NCBI GenBank assembly: GCA_951406725.2
Contig: OX597833.1
Coordinates: forward strand, 49,476,001-49,540,000
Length of the DNA: 64,000 nt
Direction of reading: 5' to 3'
From: Octopus vulgaris
Taxonomy: Eukaryota
The translations under genes were made by a program, and so were the position numbers. The notes beneath the pieces were generated by a model. It saw only the letters and a list, made by a program, of their open reading frames with translations. It made no database searches and was not told where the DNA came from. Positions 13,540-26,911 of this stretch are shown here, one piece after another. The first letter of the stretch is position 1. Each line of letters opens with the position of its first letter.

Positions 13540-14316
13540 AAGTGGTCCGACCGCATCACCAACACCGAAGTCCTCAACCGCGCCAAGATACCCAGTATAC
13601 TCACTCTTATTTCTTTACTGCCCACAAGGGGCTAAACATAGAGGGGACAAACAAAGACAGACAAACGGATTAAGTCGATTAGATTGACCCCAGTGCGTAA
13701 CTGGTACTTAATTTATCGACCCAGAAAGGATGAAAAGCAAAGTTGACCTCGGCGGAATTTGAACTCTGAACGTAACGGCAGACGAAATACCTATTTCTTT
13801 ACTACCCACAAGGGGCTAAACACAGAGAGGACAAACAAGGACAGACAAACGGATTAAGTCGATTACATCGACCCCAGTGCGTAACTGGTACTTAATTTAT
13901 CGACCCAAAAGAAGGAAAGGCAAAGTCGACCTCGACGGAATTTGAACTCAGAACGTAACGGCAAACGAAATATCGCTAAGCATTTCGCCAGTGTGCTAAC
14001 GTTTCTGCCAGCTCGCCGCCTTTTCCAGTATACTCACTCTGCTCCAGCAGCGCCGTTTGCACTGGCTCGGTCATGTACATCGCATGCCAGACGGGAGGAT
14101 CTCAAAAGACCTCCTATATGGGAAATTGGCCAACGGCATAAGAGTGCGACCTTACTTTTGTTTCAAAGACATCTGCAAGAGAGATATGAAATCACTTGAT
14201 CTGGACGATCAAGGGTAGGAGGAGGTCGCAAATGGTCGCCCTTGTTGGAGACAAATACTGAGAATGGAGATAAAGCGAGGGGAAGAGAAACAGGAGCTCG
14301 CCACCAAAGAAAAAAA
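13540..14316 (+). pseudogene. RTE-clade LINE 3' ORF remnant split by a SINE insertion
   Basis: Joined translation KWSDRITNTEVLNRAKIPSILTLLQQRRLHWLGHVHRMPDGRISKDLLYGKLANG..RPYFCFKDICKRDMK is typical RTE C-terminus. Confidence 0.85.
13608..14024 (-). mobile_element. Family M SINE with tandemly duplicated 3' part; 16-bp TSD
   Basis: TSD CCAGTATACTCACTCT at 13592-13607 and 14025-14040; 13608-13791 repeats the 3' portion of 13792-14021. Confidence 0.9.
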
Positions 14317-14329
14317 ATATATATATAAC

Positions 14330-14630
14330 TTGATCACGTGACCAACCAGGCCATCAGATGTTGCTACACATCGCTGGTCACAATGCGCTTTGCATTGTTT
14401 TGGCCTTCAATGACGCAACCCCACTGGCTAAGCGAGCAGGCCAACAGAAGAACGAGTGAGAGAAAGTTGTGGTGAAAGAGTACAGCAGGGATCACCACTA
14501 CACTCTACCGGAGCCTCTTGGGGCTTTTAGGTGTTTTCGCTCAATAAACACTCACAACGCCCGGTCTGGGAATCGAAACCGGGATCCTACGACGGCGAGT
14601 CCGCTGCCCTAACCACTGGGCCATGTGCGT
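14330..14630 (-). mobile_element. Family C-type SINE with a different 3' body
   Basis: Reverse complement head CACATGGCCCAGTGGTTAGGGCAGCGGACTCG, then TTTATTGAGCGAAAACACCTAA...CACAACTTTCTCTCACTC. Confidence 0.8.
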
Positions 14631-14724
14631 TCGAGGTGTCGATGTTCACTGAGTCCTGCAATTCGCATCAGTTCACGTGGATAGACGCGCTCTTCATCGA
14701 AGGACGAGCCGAGTGATCCCCCAT

Positions 14725-14779
<55 letters not shown>

Positions 14780-14780
<1 letters not shown>

Positions 14781-15050
14781 GTCATGTATCGCCTTGACCT
14801 TCGAAACGTGGAGTAGATGAAACAAAGGCGACTGAAGAAGGGGAATTTTCCTTGTTTTGTATGTCCTGTACTCTATTTTTTCGCTGTTTAAGAAAAATGT
14901 CCATTTCCTTGGATTTGTGTTTATGTTTTCGTTTCTCGTTGTGCTCGACGTTTTTTTTTTGGTGTCCTGTACCCATATATGCATGTATATATACACGTAC
15001 ATATATGTATGTATATATGCATATGTTTTATTTATTTATTAATTTGTTAT
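14780..15050 (+). repeat. Second copy of the (TA)n-associated dispersed repeat
   Basis: Homologous to 9503-9700. Confidence 0.6.
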
Positions 15051-15087
15051 ATGACGGAACGCACGCATCCATTTCTTAGTAAGATTG

Positions 15088-15160
<73 letters not shown>

Positions 15161-16299
15161 AAAGGAATAACTGGGGAATTATAAATACTGTTGCAAAGTA
15201 TGCATTTTTATTTCGGTTTCTCCATCGGTTCTTGATAGCATGTCCACCCAGTTCTCAGGAAACAAAATCTGACCTCACTAATGTTTTGTATTTCATCATC
15301 ATACATGTCAAATTCCACGCATTGCGTAATCCATGAATGAGGGATTGTGTCCTATGTTTTCAGTAGTCGTCATATTCCGTTGATAAAATCTTATTGTTGC
15401 TGTCTGAAATGTTATTTTTTCTGTACTTGAGGTCGTGGTTAGTCCATTTCCTCGGATAATTATATTAGCTATTAGCTTTATCTATAATTTCCTCATCTGT
15501 GATAAATTTGGAGTAGACCCGTAGTTTTTCTTCTTGCTGTCTTATATTTTTTGTATGTAGGTGGTTTTCTCGATTATATAAAGGGAAAACGATTGTGTCC
15601 GTCCAAATTTATTTCAATACAGTGTTAAGAAGGATGGACAATCGATTTTGTTATGCTTTTTACTGTCTTCTGGCGGGATATACGGACACACAGAGACATA
15701 CAAGTACAAACCCATCTGTTTCCTCACACAAAGACACGTGTATAAACAGACACAAACACACATATATTACATAGTTTTATATAAGCATATATATGCTCTC
15801 ATATATACATGCATGCGTATTTTACAAGCTGATAATAGTATAACACGTATACACAAAACGTCATTAAAAAGGGAGAGCAGCAAAACTACGAGCCAAAGTG
15901 ACATCACCAGCCAGACAATTACTGAAAATGGTTTAGATTTTCGTCTCACTCTAGAAATTGGTGAATGGACACTGCTTCCTGAGAAGTAAACCATATGTTT
16001 TAGTCTTTCGACCGACCAAGAACGACAAAGGATACATTAATGAGTTCCACCGGAGTAGCAGATGACGAATAGCAATTTACGTATACAGTTGTAGGTACCA
16101 TATTTATATGTATTCGTATATGTGTGTGTGGTCATCGTTTCTGCTTGCAGGCACAGAAGAACAGAGTTACATAAATATACTTTGGAGATAATGGTATGGG
16201 GAGTAGGTGGTGTACGATAAATGGATACGAGATGGGATGGCATGAAACATTTCACGAAAATACGTACATGGAATCAAATATGTGAATACACGTAAAGTG

Positions 16300-16300
16300 A

Positions 16301-16360
<60 letters not shown>

Positions 16361-16397
16361 TAGACAGAGAGACAGAGAGATAAATACAGATATAGAC

Positions 16398-16429
<32 letters not shown>

Positions 16430-16727
16430 TAAGAGAGTGAGAGAGAGAGAGAGATGGAGAGAGCGAGGAAGAGAGGGAGGCAGAGAAAGAGATAGAAAGA
16501 AGGAGAGAATAGACAGCTAGATAGATAGACAGATAGATACATGGGGAGAAGAAGGGAGGAAGAAAGAGTTAGAGAGATGGAGAGAAATAGATAGATAGAG
16601 ATAGATAGAAAGAGAAAGAAAGAAAGAAAGAAAGAGAGAGAGGGACAGAGAGATAATACAGATATAGACTGATTGATTGACAAATAGATAGACAGATAGA
16701 TAGATAGATAGATGGATAGATAGATAA

Positions 16728-16789
<62 letters not shown>

Positions 16790-16936
16790 GGATACATGAA
16801 GAGAAGAAGGGAGGGAGAAAGAGTTAGAGAGAGGGTGAGAAATATATAGATAGAGAGAGAAAGAAAGGGGGAAAGAGGAACAAAGAGAGAGAGAGAGAGA
16901 AAGAAAGAAAGAAAGAAAGAAAAAAAGAAAGAAAAA

Positions 16937-16991
<55 letters not shown>
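16300..16991. repeat. Compound (GT)n/(GATA)n/(GA)n/(GAAA)n purine-rich microsatellite block
   Basis: Direct reading. Confidence 0.95.
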
Positions 16992-17858
16992 CAGAAGGAA
17001 GAAATGGGAATATTTTCAGCGATTTCGCCCAAAGCACATTTTATACGAAAAATACAAATAGAGAAAAATATCTCAAAGATGTATCGATGTGCATTTTCCT
17101 TTTCTGCAATATGGTGGACACATACATCCACACACGTGATGTCCGAATAAGATTTTCTCCGGACAATGTATGAATATAAGGCCCGTATGCTTAATTCGAG
17201 AAACCTCTTTTAAGTACTGAGGGGGCGGATTAGATTTGAAAGAGAAAGCGTTTTGTATAGATTGCCTGAAGAATAAGGATTAGCTAGCAAGTATTAAAGT
17301 GGTCGTAAGTATTGTATTTAGTACAGAAACGGTAACTTTAAGAATGATCAGAAATTTACTATTAGAAATACATTGCTGGCTATTGTTTACGACAGACCAT
17401 TGTTTCTAACGTCAATTTGGAATTATGAGTAATGGAAAACGTAACTATTGCTTGGTTCAAAAGATATTTATGTTTGATTCAAAGATATTTCGTATCCTGA
17501 TGTCTTGAGAGCTGTTTCTTTCTATGGTTAAGTCGAACAACAATAGTGGCGCTTATATAGATTTATTTAGCAATAAATAAAGGAAAAAAGGCTTGTCTTT
17601 TCAATCCAGTGATGGAGTCCCCATGAATTCATTCGATTTGTTAGAAATGGCAGTTCTTTATTTTATAACGCCGAGTCAGTCCAGTTTTAGTCACTTGGGT
17701 GATGGTCGGGATTCTTCCACAAAAAAAATTTTTTCATCAAAATTTAAGGATTTCTTTTCCAAATTATCTTGTCTTCTCAAAACTGTTAAACATAGACTGA
17801 CGAGTAAGGGAATGATAATTGCATCAGTGCTATAATGCAGATGCTACATTTATTATTG

Positions 17859-18197
17859 TGAAGGCGCATGGCTCAGTGGTTAGAGCGCCGTGCTTACGAT
17901 CGTGAGGTTGTGAGCTCGAATCCCGGACCGGGCTGCGTGTTGTGTTCTTGAGCAAAACAACTTTATTTCACGTTGCTCCAGTTCACTCAGCTGTAGAAAT
18001 GAGTTGCGACATCACTGGTGCCAAGCTGTATCGGCCTTTGCCTTTCCCTTGGATAAAATCGGTGGTGTGGAGAGGGGAGGTCGGTATGCATGGGCGACTG
18101 CTGGTCTTCCATAAACAACCTTGCCCGGACTTGTGCCTTGGAGAGTAACTTTCTAGGTAAAATCCCATGGTCTGTGTCGTGACCGAAGGGGGTCTCA
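17859..18197 (+). mobile_element. Full-length family B CORE-type SINE
   Basis: GAAGGCGCATGGCTCAGTGGTTAGAGC A box, TCGAATCC B box, CORE-like domain, end GACCGAAGGGGGTCTCA. Confidence 0.9.
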
Positions 18198-19055
18198 GAA
18201 CATTTATTATTATAGACCACAAAAAGTAGAGACACGATTGTCAGGTTATATTAACGTAATATTACTCATCACTGGCAACAAGGTTTACTAAGGCTTAAAG
18301 TTCTAAATGAAATTAATAAAGTAACAATGCGAATTCGAAATATTCATGCCATGTCTTGATGTCGCAGTCTCACTGATACTGGAAGATTATATTTACATTT
18401 AATACAAATTAAAGATGATAAACTTATTTGTTTATATCACGATTTAATTTTTGCTTTATATTATATTTCACAACTTAAGGGGTTATTGACTTCAAACTTA
18501 ACACGCAATTTTACTCATAAGCCTTGAAGTGATCAATATTTCGTATTCGCGCTATCTTATGATCATTTTGAAAATACTGAGGACAAATTTGCTTTTGATC
18601 AGGAGTTTAAGAGAAAATTTACTGTCATGAACTCGTGAACTAAAGTCTCTCATTTCACTCTTTACTTTGTTGTGTATATCAAAAGAAACTTTTCTCATTT
18701 CATTTCGTTTTATTTCATTTTTGTTACTCTTTCTCTCTTCTCATTTCATCTTTACTTATTTCTACCTATGTCCTCCTTAACCTTTATATTTTAATTTCAC
18801 TTTGTTTATTTTCGCCGTTTTTCTATCTTATCTTTCATTACTTCTTAGATTCGTAGATTTCCAACACTTATTTAAATTTTTTTCTCAGTAAATATCTTCT
18901 TATTTAATCTTTTTCCTACTACCTCCATTTTCCCACACTTTTTTGTCTTCCGTATTCTTATCCGCAAGATGGTAGAAAAAAAAAGCGAATTTTAAAACTT
19001 TCATTGCTCATTTAAACATCAGAATTCAGCGGAGCTAAATTTGGTTGTTGTGTGG

Positions 19056-19207
19056 AGTCACATGGCCAAATGGTCAACGAATCGCGAGTTCGAATCTCAG
19101 ACCGAGCGGTGTGTATGTTTATGAGCGAAACACCTAAGCTCCACGCGGTTCCGGCAGACGGTAATGGCGAACTTCTGCTGACTCTTTCGCCACAACTTTC
19201 TCTCACT
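19056..19207 (+). mobile_element. Partial family C SINE
   Basis: Matches 5390-5557. Confidence 0.75.
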
Positions 19208-19854
19208 ATGTATATAAGCCATGTAAAATATTGAATTTATAATTTCTGATTTGATATTATTTCTAACTGTTATAAATATGTTTGACTCATCAAGATAACA
19301 ATAAAAAAAAAAGGTAGGCTGAGTAACACTTTCTCTTATAAAATCTTAGAACATTGCATGCTTGCCAGCGTCAAATCTTCGTTAGTTTTACTCAATTCTT
19401 AATTAAACCAAATTCGTTATTTAAATATTAAGATGTTAGAAAATCGTTCCTGTTAAATTCTCACTTGTATCTCTTCCTTATAATTTCCTGATTTGGAGCC
19501 ATGTTACTTTAACCACGTTCGTTTGGCTACTTTAGAATGAATGATATTCAGAAATATATCTCTTCAACATCTGCTGCACGCTACCTATCTTGTTACTCCA
19601 CTTCCGCCACGCAACAATTAAGAGGACGATCTAATCGCTATCCAGTGATTGCATAAGCTGGCCTCTGGTACACTCACTTAATTTCCTAGATCAGTTTTCT
19701 TCCTTCATCCCCGTCTGTCATGCTTCTTCTATTTTCTACTCATTTAGTTTCCTGTCTGTCCATATTTCTTTCTTCTCTTTGTTTCTTAGCACAAGTCTTT
19801 CATTGCTTCATTTTTCCATTCGTACTTTCGTTCGGTTCCTTTATTCCGTTTCGT

Positions 19855-19876
19855 TTCCTTTCTTTCTTTCTTTCCT

Positions 19877-19928
<52 letters not shown>

Positions 19929-20041
19929 TCCTTCTTTCTTTCTTTCTTTTCTTCTTTCCTTCTTTCTTTCTTCATTCTTTCTTTCCTTATTTCTTTCTTC
20001 ATTCTTTCTTTCCTTCTTTCTTCCTTTCCTTCATTTTCCAT

Positions 20042-20081
<40 letters not shown>

Positions 20082-20207
20082 TTTCTCTTTCTTTCTTTTC
20101 TTCTTTCCTTCTTCATTCTTTCTTTCCTTCTGTTTTGGATTCTTTCTTTCTTTCTTTCTTTCTTCATTCTTTCTTTCCTTCTTTCTTCCTTTCCTTCTGT
20201 TTTCCAT

Positions 20208-20242
<35 letters not shown>

Positions 20243-20624
20243 CTCTTTCTTTCTTTTCTTCTTTCCTTCTTTCTTTCTTCATTCTTTCTTTCCTTCTTTC
20301 TTCCTTTCCTACTGTTTTCCATTCTTTCTTTCTTTCTTTCTTTCTTTATTCATTCTTTCTTTCCTTCTTTCTTCCTTTCCTTCTGTTTTCCATTCTTTCT
20401 TTCTTTCTATCTTTCTTTCTCTCTTTCTTTATTTTCTTCTTTCTTTCTTTCTTCCTTTTTTCCCTACTTTCTTCCTTTCTTTCCTTCTTTCTTCCTTTCT
20501 TTCCTTTCCTTCTTTCGTTCCTTCTTCCTATCTCTCTCTCTCTCTCTTTCCGTTTCTTTCTTCCTTTCTTTCTCTCTCGCTCCGTTTCTTTCTTTTTCCT
20601 CTCTCTCTCTCCGTTTCTTTTTTC

Positions 20625-20668
<44 letters not shown>

Positions 20669-20670
20669 TT
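19855..20670. repeat. ~800-bp degenerate (CTTT)n polypyrimidine tract
   Basis: Direct reading; internal higher-order repeat of CTTTCCTTCTGTTTTCCATTC. Confidence 0.95.
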
Positions 20671-21074
20671 GTAAACAGCGGTTCGTCACATAACACGACA
20701 AAATATTGTAAATCTGCAACCTAAGTCCTTTACGCTCGTTACGTCCCGCGTTCAAATTCTACTGGAATGTATTTTGACTTTCATCTCTCCGGATCGATAA
20801 AAGAAAGTACCAGTCAAGTACTGGGGTTGATGTGATCAACCTTCCCTCATTCCTCAAAACTGCTGGCTGTGAGTCAAAGTTAAAAATATTATAAAGAATA
20901 TTGTCATAAAATGTGTTTCACGTTCTGAAGTATTAATGAAAAATGCATGTGCCTGGTGTACCCTTATCAGACGGGTAGTCATGATGGGTATACTGGGCTT
21001 CGTATATTTTACCCCAGAGTCACTTTAATGGCATGCACTGCAATCTCACTTAATAATAACAATAATAGTAATAA

Positions 21075-21300
21075 AAGATGAAAAATATTCATAGAAATAC
21101 ATAACAAAAACACCAGGACTAACAAATATATATAACATAAAGAAAATTGCACTACTAGGCACTGCACACGTCCTACGTAAATCACTTTCAATACGGTAAC
21201 CATCAGAGCATCACAGCAAATCACAGTATATACCCAAGGCACACAAGAGCTGAGCTCGGTAGTGAAGTGAAAGCACGTTATAAAAATAAGGCTACTGACT
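21075..21300 (+). mobile_element. 3' end of R4/Dong-type RLE non-LTR retrotransposon in (TAA)n
   Basis: Translation KTPGLTNIYNIKKIALLGTAHVLRKSLSIR* (stop 21197-21199) resembles the R4/Dong C-terminal QK.ALLGTAHILRK; 3' UTR ends in (TAA)n; second 3' UTR copy at 21392-21493. Confidence 0.75.
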
Positions 21301-21310
21301 AATAATAATA

Positions 21311-21358
<48 letters not shown>

Positions 21359-21492
21359 TAATAATAATAATAACGATAATGGGTACACCAGGAACATCAG
21401 AGCATCACAACAAATCACAGCACATACCCAAGGTACACAGAGCTGCGCTCGGTAGTGAAGTGAAAGCACACTATAAAAATAAAACTACTGAC

Positions 21493-21587
<95 letters not shown>

Positions 21588-22112
21588 CGAATAAAATTGA
21601 AATAACCATGTCAATAGATATATTTTCTTCTTCATTTGCATGTTTCAATATACGTGTCTTTCCGGAGTTAACTCATTGCTTCCGGCTGCCACTTTCTTTA
21701 CTTTGAATTGTGCTCTGTGAAGATTTCCTGGCATTTGAAGATGTTCTTTAACTAAATTTCTAGCTTCACAGGAATCAGTTCAAAGGGAAGGAGATCTGAA
21801 ATTCCTGTTAAAAAGGACATTGAGGATCGATTCGTATCATCTTCGACACCAGTATCAATAACGGCAATTCTATTACACCACCATCACTAAAACAAGTATT
21901 TCAGTCTTCATCACCCTGACCCCCATCACTATCACAGATACCAACACTGTGACCAGCACAACAACTGCACTACTACAAACACTGCAACCGTCATCGTTAC
22001 CATCATCATCACCACCACTAACAACGAAAACAACTACACCAGTCCTACTACTTTCTGTACTAACATCTATATTTTACCTTTCGTTTTTATGATAGGCGTG
22101 TGGAGGCGTGTG

Positions 22113-22358
22113 GAGGTGCGTGGTTTAGTGGTTAGGGTGTCAGCATCATGATCGTAAGATTGTGGTTTCGATTCCTGGACCGGGCGACGCGTTGTGTTCT
22201 TGAGCAAAACACTTTATTTCACGTTGCTCCAGTCCACTCAGCTGGCAAAAATGAGTAACGCTGCGATGGACTAGCGTCCCGTCCAGTAGGGTAACACATA
22301 CGCCATAGAAACCGGGAAACCGGGCCCATGAGCCTGGCTTGTCTTTAAAAGGGCACAT
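22113..22358 (+). mobile_element. Chimeric SINE: family B head/CORE with the tail seen on the family C copy at 5585-5665
   Basis: CORE-like domain followed by GCGATGGACTAGCGTCCCGTCCAG...GAAACCGGGAAACCGGGCCCATGAGCC. Confidence 0.75.
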
Positions 22359-22382
22359 TTATTATTTATTATTATTATGATA

Positions 22383-22793
22383 GGTGTAGGAGTGGCTGTG
22401 TGGTAAGTAGCTTGCTTACCAACCACATGGTTCCGGGTTCAGTCCCACTGCGTTGCACCTTGTGTAAGTGTCTTCTACTTTAGCTTTGGGCCGACCAAAG
22501 CCTTGTGAGTGGATTTGATAGACGGAAACTGAAAGAAGCCCGTCGTATATATGTATACATTTGTATACGTGTGTGTATATGTGTGTGTGTATGTGTTCGT
22601 CGCCCCAACATCGCTTGACAACCGATGCTGGTGTGTTTATGTCCCCGTAACTTAGCGGTTCGGCGAAAGAGACCGATAGAATAAGTACTAGGCTTCCAAA
22701 GAATAAGTCCTGGGGTCGATTTGCTCGACTAGAGGCGGTGCTCCAGCATGGTCACAGTCAAATGACTGAAACAAGTAAATGAGTAAAAGAGTA
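22383..22793 (+). mobile_element. Family A SINE, full length
   Basis: Matches family A head and tail. Confidence 0.9.
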
Positions 22794-23157
22794 AGTATTT
22801 GTCAATCTTATTTCCTCTGTCGCCACTTCAACTGTAATTTCAATTGTAGCATATTATGAAAAGTAATGGCAGAAAAAAAGAGAAGAAAGACGAATACAAG
22901 GTGACGATAAATAATGTTAAGAGCTGGAAAGAATCTCGGAAACCGTTGGGTAGAATGGAACCCACTTAATTTCGTGGTTGTTATTTGTATGTTTTTGCTA
23001 CTTAGTTGTACACAAAGCAAAATAACGAAGTACTTGTTAGTTATACAATGTTGCCTTCCTTACCATTCCTAGAACGGACAGCTGATCAAATCCTTGAAAC
23101 GCATTCGTAATACTGAAATTCAGGATCCAAGAAATCTAGATGGCAGAACTAGTTAAG

Positions 23158-23576
23158 GGATCTTTTCGGTTTGAACGGCAGTTTTTAACATAATTTCTAG
23201 GTGACTAAAAAAGTTTAAACTTCGTATACTGGTAGAATGTGTTTATAAAACATCTTTTTCTCTTGGCTTTATTGAGAAAATTCTATAGTTTGTAAGATAT
23301 TCGTTGTTTTTTCTTCTTCAATTTCTGCAATTTCAACCAATCAGTGACGTCCATTGAGGTAAAAAAAACATTCTGTGCCGTATGAATATGTCCCTCGTTT
23401 AATAACTGATTGGGTTTATTTACATTTGTGAAGAAAAAAGATACCCTTCCCCCCAACCCTAACCCTAACCCTAAAACAGATTGAAATGCAATAGATCGAT
23501 ACTAGGGTCATAATAATGGGTGACAATTTCATATGATACCGCTAGAAAAAAACTGTCGTTCAAACCGAAAAGATCC
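23158..23576 (+). mobile_element. Merlin-like MITE with 8-bp TSD and internal (TAACCC)n
   Basis: TIR GGATCTTTTCGGTTTGAACGGCAGTTTTT; TSD TAGTTAAG at 23150-23157 and 23577-23584; Merlin assignment inferred from GG termini plus 8-bp TSD. Confidence 0.85.
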
Positions 23577-23589
23577 TAGTTAAGTTCTG

Positions 23590-23875
23590 TTGAGGAAATT
23601 CCGGATAATGGAACGCTAGAGGTATCAGGTGGTGGTGGTGGGGGTGAAAAGTGAAGGGCAAAGAAATGCATTTTGGAGTTGGGTAAATATGAGACATGGG
23701 GGTAAGGCAGAAGTACGATCGGGGGCTAGAGCTCAACATAGGGTTGCACTGGTGCCTGGTGCTGGGCAACCGCGTGTAGGAGAAAAAGTGAAGCGTTTGA
23801 TCGAAGTTTGACTTGAAGTTTGAGTGTTGGTTACAAGGTGTAGAAATTCTGTGAAAGAGAAAGTTGATTTAATGG
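23590..23875 (-). pseudogene. Penelope-like retroelement post-RT remnant
   Basis: Minus translation IKSTFSFTEFLHL..TRGCPAP..LC*ALAPDRTSAL / ISLPFTFHP..RSIIRNF resembles PLE SIPFSQFLRL, RGYP, DR.SAL and PLTFHP motifs. Confidence 0.55.
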
Positions 23876-24313
23876 GAGTTTGAGTAAGATCAGAAGAAAT
23901 CTTTTAGTTACTATGGCAACTAAAACCGAAACAAATAAATTTTAATATAGCGTAGAGCATTTTAACTCACGGTAACAAAAACATTAATTGGAGAACTTTC
24001 TACAATCTCTTGCACTGAACACACACTTTGTGTAATAAAAAATTCTCTATACCTGCTCTTTATTCTAAGTCGGTGAACGAAACATAGCTGCTGTTTCTAG
24101 CATAATGATCAAACACGGTAGGTGCCTCAAAGTTATCTCGTGTACACTGCATTTTCTATAGAGGGTCGATTAAGTCTTTTTTTTTCTCTAGCAGGCTCAA
24201 CAGTTATCTTGAAAGGCAGTTGCAAAGTCATGTATACATTTAAGTACCACAAATATATCCAAATCGAAATTCCGTAGCAAGCATTCGGGGATAACTATAT
24301 TTTTATGAATTAA

Positions 24314-24541
24314 AGGCGGTGAGCTGGCAGAAACGTTAGCACGCCGGGCGATGTGCTTAGCGGTATTTCGTCTGGTGTTACCTTCTGAGTTCAAATTCCG
24401 CCGAGGTCGACTTTGCCTTTCATCCTCTGGGGGTCGATAAATTAAGTACCAGTCTCGCACGGATCGATGTAATCGACTTAATCCCCCTGTCTGTTCTTGT
24501 TTGTCCCCTCTATGTTTAGCCCCTTGTGGGCAGTAAAGAAA
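24314..24541 (+). mobile_element. Family M SINE with ~15-bp TSD
   Basis: TATATTTTTATGAAT before and TATATTTTTGTGAAT after the element. Confidence 0.85.
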
Positions 24542-24969
24542 TATATATTTTTGTGAATCTCTGTTACCTTGCTTTCCTCGTTTCGGTACATGGTGTAATA
24601 ATACAAGTGAAAATATTTCATATGGTTAGACTATTTAGCGTCTATTTTTCAGCATATTGGCAAAGAATTTTTTTTCTTTTTGCCCTTATTTATAATTGTA
24701 TAATTTTCACCTTAAAAGGTATTTTTCATATGCTTGCCACTGATAAAATGTTTTAATAAAATATTATCCTTATATTAGAAGTAAATTAATTTTCATTCAC
24801 TTCGGGACTGGTTAACCACTTCTATGCATTTACTGACCGACTACACTTGTGACAAGGCTTGCTACGGAATTTCTATTTGGATATATTTGGGGTGCTTAAA
24901 TGTATACATGACTTTGCATCTGCTTTTTCGTTGATATGTCTAAGTATTTCATTTATTTTCATTTTGTGT

Positions 24970-25031
24970 TCCTCGCTGATGAAGGAAGAATCCTTTGTGG
25001 ATTAATCCAGAAATCGGAATCGATTCCGGAA
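24970..25031 (+). ncRNA. Degenerate type I hammerhead ribozyme
   Basis: CTGATGA 24976-24982; stem II GGA..AATCC/GGATT..TCC; GAAA 25010-25013; stem III ATCG-gaat-CGAT; stem I imperfect. Confidence 0.5.
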
Positions 25032-25934
25032 TAACTATATTTTTATGAATTTCTGTTACTTCCTTTCCTCGCTTCGGCCCATAGTGTAATAACAGAAGTG
25101 AAAATATTTTATGTGGTTAGACGATTTAGCGTCTATTTTTCAGCATATTGGCAATATTTTGTTTACTTTTTCCCTTATTTATAATTGTATATATATCTAT
25201 ACATATATATTTATATGCGTGCGTGCGTCTCTATGTGTATATATGTGTATATGTATGAACTTCATATAAAGACAGGCATAAACAGGAAGTAATAAAGTTT
25301 AAGTAAATTAGTATGCTAATGGCTTCTGTGTAAACTTCTCAGCAAATAAATCCGTTATTGTTGCCTAAGGATTACGAAGCCGTAGCTGAACAAGATCTTG
25401 CGATGAGATTCATTAAAATCCTAAAGGTGCTTACAAAATAGACTTAGGTTGCTGCTACTAAGATTTAATCTCTTATTTAAGCTTTCGCTTATAGCTTCGA
25501 TTTAAATCTCAGAAGAATTTTATGTATTGCACAGCTGTTGTGTTTGAAAATATCGAGAGTTTTGATTTTAACAAAGAATTTAATGTCGGCCATAATTTCT
25601 TGTTTAGTATCAACCTGTTGCTGGTGACATAGCGCGTTAGTTGTTGATTTTTAATCTGCATTACATAAACACGCCTATACACACATACATTCCATAGAAT
25701 CACGTACATATGTATACACAAGTACCAATATGTATTTATTGTGCTAGAGATTTTATGGCTGTTTTCTTCCTCAATATTAGCAGAAGTTTTACTTTCGATT
25801 TATATTGTCTTTTCTTTTTATCTTTTCTTGTTTTATTTTCCTCCCTGTCGATTGACCGATGGCGGACAGTAAAATCGTGTACACTGTCATAAAATATTGC
25901 AAGAAAAAACTACATTTACAATATATATTTACAT

Positions 25935-26019
<85 letters not shown>

Positions 26020-26057
26020 TATATAGCTATCTATATATATGTGTGTGTGTGTGTATG

Positions 26058-26098
<41 letters not shown>

Positions 26099-26322
26099 CA
26101 TGAATTGTATATATAGATATCATAAATTATATATATATATATATACATGAATATATATATAATAAATATATATATACATGTATATATATATATATATAAT
26201 AAATATATATATATGTATATATATATATATAATAAATATATATATATGTATATATATACATGTATATATATATATGTATATATATGTATATATATATATA
26301 TCTATATATAAATATCTATCTA

Positions 26323-26367
<45 letters not shown>

Positions 26368-26384
26368 AATAAATATATAATAAG

Positions 26385-26719
26385 TAGGATCGTGGTTTCA
26401 ATTCCCAGACCGGCCGTTGTGAGTAATTATTGAGCGAAAATAACTAAATCTCCACGAGGCTCCGGCAGGGGGTGGTGGCGAACCCTGCTGTACTCTTTCA
26501 CCACAACTTTCTCTCACTCTTTCTTCCTGTTTCTGTTGTATCTCTATTTCAAAAGGCCAGCCTCGTCACACTCTGTGTTACGCTGAATCTCTCCGAGAAC
26601 TATGTTAAGAATACACGTGTCTGTGGAGTGCTCAGCCACTTGCACGTTAATTTCACGAGCAGGCTATTACGTTGATCGAATCAACTGGAGCCCTCGTCGT
26701 CGTAACTGACGGAGTGCCA
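26385..26719 (+). mobile_element. Family C-type SINE, 5'-truncated, third tail type
   Basis: GGTTTCAATTCCCAGACCGG..TTGAGCGAAAA..CTCCACGAGGCTCCGGCAG..CACAACTTTCTCTCACTC. Confidence 0.7.
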
Positions 26720-26782
26720 TATATATATATAAACACATATACACACACACATACGTACATACATACTATATACTCGCGGGTG

Positions 26783-26837
<55 letters not shown>

Positions 26838-26911
26838 TGATAAAAATGGTAAGACAACAAAAGAATGAAAGATACCTCGATATTATGTAAATAGAGGAAT
26901 TTATCTGTATG

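Larger units (their letters stand above)
24216..25190 (+). mobile_element. Penelope-like pseudo-LTR remnant: inverted plus tandem repeats with a hammerhead core
   Basis: Inverted arms 24216-24282 and 24857-24923; direct repeat 24283-24310 plus 24544-24700 versus 25023-25190; CTGATGA..GAAA at 24976-25013; ends in TA-rich tract. Confidence 0.65.

Noticed and set aside
15200-15650. Possible PLE GIY-YIG C-terminal remnant on the minus strand (FPLYNRE..IRQQEEK)
   Set aside because: Resemblance is too weak to call without a search.
15918-15965. CTGAAAA..GAAA motif
   Set aside because: G8 is missing and stems I and III do not pair.
17859-17935. tRNA-like sequences at SINE 5' ends
   Set aside because: A/B boxes are present but there is no acceptor stem and each continues into a SINE body; not tRNA genes.
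19720-20724. Long 334/304-aa ORFs (FLSF..)
   Set aside because: Translations of a (CTTT)n tract that lacks stop codons.
21650-21830. Possible minus-strand host exon after TTTTAACAG
   Set aside because: All three frames hit stops shortly after the acceptor-like site.
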